DNA from: Nostoc punctiforme PCC 73102
Lineage (GTDB): Bacteria > Cyanobacteriota > Cyanobacteriia > Cyanobacteriales > Nostocaceae
Reading direction: 5' to 3'
Assembly (NCBI RefSeq): GCF_000020025.1
Contig: NC_010628.1
Coordinates: 5,040,001-5,072,000 of the forward strand
Length of the DNA: 32,000 bases
Shown: piece by piece, positions 25,848 to 32,000 of the stretch
Position numbering within the stretch: position 1 is the stretch's first letter
Layout: the number at the start of each line of letters is the position of its first letter
Notes under the pieces: model-generated
What the model was told of the DNA's origin: nothing
The model's input: the letters and a program-made list of their open reading frames with translations, nothing else
Database searches by the model: none
Made by a program: the position numbers and the translations under genes

Positions 25848-26378
25848 TTATTCACCAGCCTTGAGCTGTAGAGTTCTCTGTAACTCACTGAGTTCATCTC
25901 GATGGGCAACTACAGTGATCTTACTTGAGGAGGTTTGTTCACTCTGAGTTGTTTCTACTTTGAGTGACACCTTCTCAAGTCTTCCAGATTTTTTCCAATA
26001 AAACAGGCCACTTAAAGGCGACAGCAGTACCATAGCCAAAACAATGGGACTGAGGTTAGGAAAAAGCAGGTATACGACTAGTGAGAGACAAACAATCCCA
26101 GTCGCTGCCAGCAGAGTTAAAAATATAGCTAAAAACCAACTGGGGCGAACATTCCCTTCAAAAGTCACTTTGTTCTGTTCTCGGTCTACCTCTGCCACTT
26201 GGTAAGACCGGGAGCGAAAATACTCTTTTAATTGAGACATTAAAGCAGCTTCGTCTTGTTCAGATACCAGTTGTACTGTTTGTATGCGGTCTTTAGTCGA
26301 GGCACGAATAAAGAAAAACAGCCCAACCGATAACAACAAGGTTAGCAGGAACGTAGATGGCAGAATAGCAGTATCCAT
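25848..26378 (-). CDS. CCB1-like protein (cofactor assembly of complex C subunit B; DUF3529-type membrane protein)
   Basis: The N-terminal TM helix ends in the GLFFFIRASTKDR motif. A soluble segment follows, then two more TM helices (WFLAIFLTLLAATGIVCLSLVVYLLF...). The family name is recalled, not searched. Confidence 0.55.
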   Translation of the reverse strand: MDTAILPSTFLLTLLLSVGLFFFIRASTKDRIQTVQLVSEQDEAALMSQLKEYFRSRSYQVAEVDREQNKVTFEGNVRPSWFLAIFLTLLAATGIVCLSLVVYLLFPNLSPIVLAMVLLSPLSGLFYWKKSGRLEKVSLKVETTQSEQTSSSKITVVAHRDELSELQRTLQLKAGE

Positions 26379-26430
26379 AACTGATTGTTATTGTTTGACT
26401 GGAGGAGACTTATTCATTATCAATTATTCG

Positions 26431-26778
26431 TTACTTTGTCCTCCTATTAATGTAGTTAAGCCATTGCAAAGCTAAATCTTGCGCTTGAACTTGCCATTCT
26501 GGAGAAACTTGGTACATCCGCCTGGGTCGTCCTCGTCCTTCCAGTTTCTTCCAATATCCAGTGATTGCCTTTTGGTCTTCCAGAAATTTGATTGCACTAT
26601 AAAGCACAGTATCCGAAAGCCTATAGGTTGGATATTCAGTTTCTAATTGCTCAATCAACTCGGTTCCGTAGGATTCACCTTGTAATAAAACAGACAGTAT
26701 GTAACAAACTGCTACTTCCTGACAAAGGTAAGTTGGCGGAGGATTCTCAAAGAATTGATATATATCCTCAAGTTTCAT
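26431..26778 (-). CDS. PadR-family transcriptional regulator
   Basis: The winged-helix PadR pattern is present: ILSVLLQGESYGTELIEQLE...YRLSDTVLYSAIKFLEDQKAITGYWKKLEGRGRPRRMYQVSPEW. Confidence 0.8.
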   Translation of the reverse strand: MKLEDIYQFFENPPPTYLCQEVAVCYILSVLLQGESYGTELIEQLETEYPTYRLSDTVLYSAIKFLEDQKAITGYWKKLEGRGRPRRMYQVSPEWQVQAQDLALQWLNYINRRTK

Positions 26779-27746
26779 GGTTAGTGAATGGCTAAAAAAA
26801 TGCCTTATGGTAAGGTCTACAATCCTTGTAGTCAGTATACAGTGCTACTGCCAAATGAGTAATATATATAATGCTACTTAGACTAGATATCCATTGCGTA
26901 AATACCAAACGATTATCCACGCTTGTGAAGTCGTGGGAAGAGTTGCAAGTTTTAGGGACACAAAGAAATGTACCCTAAGCCAAGCTTGATATGGTGTGGT
27001 GAGGAGCTAACAGAGAGTAGCAAATTAACTTAGTACAGAAGGTACTTAGTCTTGGTCAGATTAGGGCAAATGCCAAGCCTCAGCTTTTAGGCGTGAGGTT
27101 TCTGACTGTCTTGGTATTAAGTAATGCCAAGGTAGTTAGAAGTGCTTAAGCAATAAAATGCCATCGAAGAAATTTTACAGGTAAAATGCAATTTTGTCTG
27201 TAAAACTTAATAAACACTTTGTTTTACAGTGATTTTCCCAATGCAAATCATCAGAATTTAAGCTATGGGATATATGTGGTTTAAAGCTGCTACGGTGGTG
27301 GACACACTTAAGTAGTACGCATTACTGATTTACTGGACAAGAGAATCTCTTGTCGCATTTGGTAAATGTGATAGTAAATTTATCAAAGAAGACGCAAAGA
27401 CTAGAGCATCGATTCAGTAATCAAAAACCTAATCCCCAGCCTCCTTGACTAAAAGATAAGAGGTTGGGGAGAGATGATTCTTTACTGATAGGACTTACGC
27501 AAAACTAGTTGCTGTAGGGACAATTTATGAATTGCCCTACTTGAAAATCCTTCTTTTCGGCCATTATTTACGTAAGTCCTGACTGAATTGGTGTTCTCGG
27601 AGAGATAGAGACGTAGAGTGGGATACCTCTCAAAACAGTTCTCCGTGTTCTCCGAACTTTTGAGCTAAGGCTTCCTTAGATTAAACTTTTATCTTTGTGT
27701 TTTTGTGTCCTTTGAAAGTGCCCGGCACATTGGCAATTTTCTATAT

Positions 27747-28319
27747 ATGTCACAGACTCCCGATGCTCCATCATCTTCTCTGCGGGCTATTGCCCAAACC
27801 TTTCGCCTTACAGGTTGGATTAGCTTCTGGATTCAGCTAGTACTAGGCGTTGTTTCTAGCATAATTGTGTTGCTGTTCGCCATCTTTAATCAAAGAACTG
27901 GTAGTCCTAGTAATAATCCTGGGACTGGCTTTGGCGTATTTTTAGCAATTTGTGGACTGGTTGTTTTAGGTGGAGGTATTTATTTAGCTTATCGTTACAC
28001 TAGAATTGGCAAGCAATTGGAATCCTCCAATCCTAGCAACCGCCCTCGCAAAAGTGAGACTGTGCAAGTATTACGCTTAGGGCTGTGGGTAAATTTAGGC
28101 GGAACACTGGTGACTCTTTTAGGCGCGCAAGCGATCGTTGGTACACTGGTAGCAAGATCGATATCTCCTCAAGCTATAACTACACAATTTTTTGACCCTA
28201 CCCGTATTATTAGCGGTCTAGATATGCTTGTCGTACAAGCAAATACCAACACTGTATCAGCACATTTTGCAGGGCTTATAGCGTCACTTTGGCTACTCAA
28301 TCGTATTAACCGACCTTAG
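27747..28319 (+). CDS. DUF3611-like integral membrane protein (4 predicted TM segments)
   Basis: The sequence reads AIAQTFRLTGWISFWIQLVLGVVSSIIVLLFAIF...GFGVFLAICGLVVLGGGIYLAYRYTRIGKQL... The ATG at 27747 is preferred over the GTG at 27705. Confidence 0.6.
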   Translation: MSQTPDAPSSSLRAIAQTFRLTGWISFWIQLVLGVVSSIIVLLFAIFNQRTGSPSNNPGTGFGVFLAICGLVVLGGGIYLAYRYTRIGKQLESSNPSNRPRKSETVQVLRLGLWVNLGGTLVTLLGAQAIVGTLVARSISPQAITTQFFDPTRIISGLDMLVVQANTNTVSAHFAGLIASLWLLNRINRP

Positions 28320-28647
28320 TATGAGTTCTATTAGCGGTAGCGGGGCGGGCATTTCGCCTATGCTGAGTTTTCAAGAGTCAAAAGAAAATTATCATACTTT
28401 TCCGAAACGGGCAAAACTGCGTGTGAAGACAACTACATAATCCTTGAAAAACATCCTGATAGTACAGCATTGCGTAAATGAACTATCCATTTCAAATCAA
28501 TGAAACGCTTGCAGTATAGGAATTACCAATTACCTTAGCGAGTCGGGAGAGGGTACACTACGCATAGCAATATCACCGTAGGGGTACGGGTGTCATTAAG
28601 AATTCCGCCAAGCTGTACTAACAAGTGATGCCAAAACTAAAACAGGG

Positions 28648-29019
28648 ATGATGTATACCTTTTTTTTAAGTTTGAAGACTATGAAAAATCAATTTGACAC
28701 CAGGAGAAATCAACCAGCCTATAAATTTAATCAAGACGCATGGAGATTTGGCGTACAGGTTTTCTTTAGTAGCATCGTATTGGGGCTATGCATTTTCAAG
28801 CTTGGCTCGCCAGGGGACGATAAGAATGTTGCCCTTTACTGGGGTGGTTTATCAAGTGTGCTTGCATACTGGTTGCCTTCACCTGGACAAACCAGAGACG
28901 ATAAGGAACCACAAAGTATCACTCAAAGGACGTTTGCAGCGGCTGATAACAATAATGGTAATGGTCAAAGTCTTGCTCAGGTTACTGAAACAAGAGTGAC
29001 TCAAGATACGAGTTCATGA
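28648..29019 (+). CDS. Hypothetical small membrane protein (start uncertain; alternative ATG at 28681)
   Basis: There is one clear hydrophobic segment (FGVQVFFSSIVLGLCIFKL) and a second weaker one (LYWGGLSSVLAYWL), with a low-complexity tail. No family was recognised. The overlapping 28694..28999 ORF is in another frame and was judged spurious. Confidence 0.35.
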   Translation: MMYTFFLSLKTMKNQFDTRRNQPAYKFNQDAWRFGVQVFFSSIVLGLCIFKLGSPGDDKNVALYWGGLSSVLAYWLPSPGQTRDDKEPQSITQRTFAAADNNNGNGQSLAQVTETRVTQDTSS

Positions 29020-29215
29020 TTGGTTAAATGCAATATATGGTTTCTTAGCCCTGGCAGTGATGCTAGGGAAAAATCTTGATTCAGAGATTGAGGCTGAATT
29101 TTTGCAATAAACTTTGTTTTTCCAGTCACAGCAAACCAAAATTACTATATGCTAAATGCTTAATGTGTTAACTGTATTGACAGAAAGATTTTAGGCTAGA
29201 AACTGAGAAAAATCT

Positions 29216-30496
29216 GTGCTGGATATTAAGCAAATACGGGAAAATCCGCAATTAGTTCAAGAACGATTGAATAGTCGTAGTGGTAAATACGACATTGAAC
29301 CGATTCTACAGTTAGATCGGCAACAACGAGAACTAGAGGGGACACGCAGTCAACTCCAAGCTCGGAGCAACGAAATCGGTAAAATTGTCGGGCAGAAGAT
29401 TAAATCTGGGATTAATTCTCAAGATCCAGAAATTCAAGCTTTGCGCGATGAAGGTAACTCTGTCAAAGCAACGTTGAGCGAACTGGAACCCCAGGAAAAA
29501 GACCTCAAAGCTCAAATTGCTCAACTTGTGTTGGCACTTCCCAACTTACCAAGCGACTCTACACCCCTTGGGAAGAATGAGGAAGATAACGTAGAAGTGC
29601 GCCGTTGGGGTGATGAGTATATTCCCCAAAATCCAAATATTCTCCCTCACTGGGAAATAGGCGAAAAGCTAGGTATTCTCAATGTTGAACGGGCTGTAAA
29701 AGTTGCCCAAAGCCGCTTTGTGGCTTTGGTAGGCGCTGGTGCGGCATTGGAAAGGGCATTAATTCAATTTATGCTGACTCTCCATACTCAAGCTGGGTAC
29801 CTGGAAGTTAGTCCGCCTCTGTTAGTTAATACCGAGTCTTTGACGGCGACCGGTCAGTTACCCAAGTTTGCTGAAGAAAGCTTTAAATGTGCGGATGATG
29901 ATTTATGGCTGATTCCGACGGCGGAAGTTCCAGTTACAAATCTCTACCGGGGTGAAATTCTCGCTGCTGAAGATTTGCCTATTTACCACTGCGCTTTTAC
30001 TCCCTGTTTTCGCCGCGAAGCTGGTAGCTATGGGCGCGATATGCGGGGGTTAATTCGCCTGCATCAGTTCAACAAGGTGGAAATGGTGAAATTTGTTGAA
30101 CCTAGTACGTCTTTTGATGAACTGGAGAAATTGGTGGGGAATGCAGAAGCGATTTTACAGGCGTTGCGGTTGCCTTATCGAGTAGTAAATTTAAGTACTG
30201 GAGATTTGGGATTTGCCTCTACCAAAACTTATGATTTAGAGGTTTGGTTGCCCTCTTCTGGCAAATACCGCGAAATTTCTAGCTGTTCCAATACTATAGA
30301 TTTCCAAGCAAGACGGGCTGATATTCGCTTCAAAGAGGCGGGGAAAAAAGGAACTCAGTTCGTACATACCCTCAATGGTTCGGGTTTGGCGGTGGGAAGG
30401 ACTATGGCTGCAATTTTGGAGAATTATCAACAACCTGATGGGACAGTGAAGATACCAGAAGCGCTGCAACCTTATTTGGGGCGTGAAGTTTTATAA
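29216..30496 (+). CDS. serS: Seryl-tRNA synthetase
   Basis: The GTG-start ORF begins [11 protein letters not shown] and has an N-terminal coiled-coil arm. Class II aaRS motifs are present ([25 protein letters not shown]; [21 protein letters not shown]). Confidence 0.95.
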   Translation: MLDIKQIRENPQLVQERLNSRSGKYDIEPILQLDRQQRELEGTRSQLQARSNEIGKIVGQKIKSGINSQDPEIQALRDEGNSVKATLSELEPQEKDLKAQIAQLVLALPNLPSDSTPLGKNEEDNVEVRRWGDEYIPQNPNILPHWEIGEKLGILNVERAVKVAQSRFVALVGAGAALERALIQFMLTLHTQAGYLEVSPPLLVNTESLTATGQLPKFAEESFKCADDDLWLIPTAEVPVTNLYRGEILAAEDLPIYHCAFTPCFRREAGSYGRDMRGLIRLHQFNKVEMVKFVEPSTSFDELEKLVGNAEAILQALRLPYRVVNLSTGDLGFASTKTYDLEVWLPSSGKYREISSCSNTIDFQARRADIRFKEAGKKGTQFVHTLNGSGLAVGRTMAAILENYQQPDGTVKIPEALQPYLGREVL

Positions 30497-30700
30497 TTTG
30501 TCATTAGTCATTTGTCCTACCCTGCGGGAAGCCGCTAGCGCGTCTATGTCCTTTGTTATTTACCAATGACCAATGACCAATACTTCGGCTTCTCCTAACG
30601 GAGACGCTGCGCGTTAGCGGAGCTTTCGCTTTAGCGATACGCTCAGTACAAGTGACCAATGACCAATGACTAATACCCAATACCCAATGCCCAATTAGAA
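30497..30700. repeat. Composite repeat block: dispersed ~55-nt repeat (30505-30560) plus ACCAATG and TGACCAA/TACCCAA heptamer arrays
   Basis: TAGTCATTTGTCCTACCCTGCGGGAAGCCGCTAGCGCGTCTATGT is the inverse of 23401-23460. ACCAATG ACCAATG ACCAATA lies at about 30562-30582. TGACCAA TGACCAA TGACTAA TACCCAA TACCCAA TGCCCAA lies at 30653-30694. Confidence 0.85.
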
Positions 30701-30741
30701 TGGAGATAACTATAGCTTAATTATTTTCACTAATTTACTCT

Positions 30742-31842
30742 ATGTCAGTTTTAGCAGCGATCGCAGTCTTGGCTGTTTTGATCTTGGTACACGAGTTGGG
30801 ACATTTTGTTGCAGCCCGTTCTCAAGGCATTCTCGTTAACCGTTTTTCTTTGGGTTTTGGCCCAGTTCTTTTGAAGTACCAAGGTTCACAAACCGAATAT
30901 GCTGTCCGCGCTTTTCCCTTGGGCGGCTTTGTGGGGTTTCCCGATGATGACCCCGATAGCGATATTCCACCCAATGACCCAAATCTGCTGCGTAACCGTC
31001 CAGTTTTAGATCGGGCGATTGTCATCAGTGCTGGAGTGATTGCAAATTTAATATTTGCCTATTTGGTGCTGGTTCTGCAATTGGGTATCGTTGGTATTCC
31101 CAAAGAATTAAACTATCAAGCTGGTGTCATTGTACAGCCTGTTAATCAAGAATCTGTTGCCTATCAAGCAGGAATTCGGGAAGGAGATATTATTCTAGCT
31201 GTTAATGGTCAAGAACTCCCGGCTTCTGATAAATCAACTCCTTTGCTGACTAAAGAAATTCAAACTCATCCCAATCAGCAAATTGAACTGAAAATTCAGC
31301 GTGAAAAACAACAACAAACCCTGAAATTAACGCCAAAACTGGGAGCTGATGGCAAAGGTGTAGTTGGTGTGGCACTTAGTCCAAATGCTACCGCAGTTTA
31401 TCGCCGCCCGAATAGTCCTTTTGAAATTTTTGGTCTTGCTGCTAACAGGTTTCAACAATTATTTGTTGGTACACTGAGCGGTTTTGGGCAGTTGATTACC
31501 AATTTTCAACAAACTGCTGGACAAGTTTCTGGGCCAGTTAATATTGTCAAAATAGGTGCAAAATTAGCTGAAGATAATAGCGTAAATCTGTTGTCTTTTG
31601 CGGCAATTATCAGCATTAACTTGGCTATTATCAATATTTTGCCTTTGCCAGCTTTGGATGGCGGACAACTCGCTTTTTTGCTGATTGAAGGTTTACGCGG
31701 TAAGCCTGTACCGTCCCGGATTCAAGAAGGTGTAATGCAAACTGGCTTGGTGTTACTTTTAGGGTTAGGAATTTTTCTGATCGTCAAAGAAACTACTCAA
31801 TTAACTAGCCAATTGGAGTGGGTACAAAAATTATTCCAGTGA
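30742..31842 (+). CDS. rseP: RIP (site-2) zinc metalloprotease RseP, M50 family, with PDZ domain
   Basis: HELGHF (HExxH) lies in the first TM helix. The PDZ-like segment is AGIREGDIILAVNGQEL. The NILPLPALDGG motif is near the C-terminus. Confidence 0.9.
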   Translation: MSVLAAIAVLAVLILVHELGHFVAARSQGILVNRFSLGFGPVLLKYQGSQTEYAVRAFPLGGFVGFPDDDPDSDIPPNDPNLLRNRPVLDRAIVISAGVIANLIFAYLVLVLQLGIVGIPKELNYQAGVIVQPVNQESVAYQAGIREGDIILAVNGQELPASDKSTPLLTKEIQTHPNQQIELKIQREKQQQTLKLTPKLGADGKGVVGVALSPNATAVYRRPNSPFEIFGLAANRFQQLFVGTLSGFGQLITNFQQTAGQVSGPVNIVKIGAKLAEDNSVNLLSFAAIISINLAIINILPLPALDGGQLAFLLIEGLRGKPVPSRIQEGVMQTGLVLLLGLGIFLIVKETTQLTSQLEWVQKLFQ

Positions 31843-32000
31843 TTACTACCCGCAAATCGTTATCTAAAAAGAAGCGATCGCTAGAAATTTTAGCTCGTCT
31901 GAAGCGTCTTTATCCAGATGCTACTTGCTCTTTGAACTACTCAACGCCAGTACAATTGTTGGTGGCAACGATTCTCTCTGCTCAGTGTACTGATGAGCGG
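31839..32000 (+). CDS. nth: Endonuclease III (Nth), 5' part only, runs off window end
   Basis: My own translation from the GTG at 31839 (GTGA overlap with the rseP stop) gives (M)ITTRKSLSKKKRSLEILARLKRLYPDATCSLNYSTPVQLLVATILSAQCTDER. The LLVATILSAQCTD motif is typical of Nth. This ORF is not in the track because it is truncated. Confidence 0.75.
   Translation, partial: MITTRKSLSKKKRSLEILARLKRLYPDATCSLNYSTPVQLLVATILSAQCTDER

Noticed and set aside
27040-27052. GTACAGAAGGTAC as an NtcA site
   Set aside because: The spacer is 7 nt, not 8, and no suitably placed -10 element is present.
26779-28647. Scan of the long non-coding stretches for tRNA, tmRNA, RNase P, SRP, 6S, Yfr1 (ACTCCTCACAC) or common riboswitch cores (B12 box, glutamine GGACGGAAG, etc.)
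   Set aside because: No characteristic conserved core was seen by eye. A covariance-model scan (Infernal/Rfam) would be needed to exclude them properly.
28694-28999. 101-aa ORF overlapping 28648..29019 in another frame
   Set aside because: The two overlapping same-strand frames cannot both be real. The 123-aa frame has a clearer TM segment, although neither has family support.

Overview
This window looks like a chromosomal segment of a filamentous, heterocyst-forming cyanobacterium (Nostoc/Anabaena type). The evidence is the fbp-tal-zwf-opcA operon, abundant GCGATCGC (HIP1) sites, heptameric STRR-type repeats filling intergenic spacers, and Nostoc-style MITEs. Gene order is as follows. An RND efflux adaptor (5' truncated) and an RND permease come first, then an RpiB-like isomerase. 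Next is a CoaT-like P1B-4 metal ATPase with a MerR-type operator. A three-gene SUKH / deaminase-like / Imm1-like cassette sits between that ATPase and its CoaR-like regulator. After it comes a 1327-aa protein (PstS-like domain, TM segment, acidic region, four DUF4912-like repeats) and a Uma2-type endonuclease. The fbp-tal-zwf-opcA oxidative pentose phosphate operon follows, then two related MITEs, an SLH-domain protein and a GAF histidine kinase. The rest comprises a small arginine-rich conserved protein, a CCB1-like protein, a PadR regulator, an ORF-free gap of about 0.95 kb, a DUF3611-like membrane protein, a small hypothetical, serS, rseP and the 5' end of nth. The most interesting locus is 7328-8765. 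It holds a polymorphic-toxin-style cassette whose toxin ORF (HAE...CxxC deaminase signature) is absent from the supplied ORF track. That ORF has no in-frame start codon, but an ATG with an upstream AGGAG lies one nucleotide out of frame across an A4 run. No rRNA, tRNA or CRISPR array was recognised. All calls rest on reading the sequence and recalling family motifs. No database search was run.
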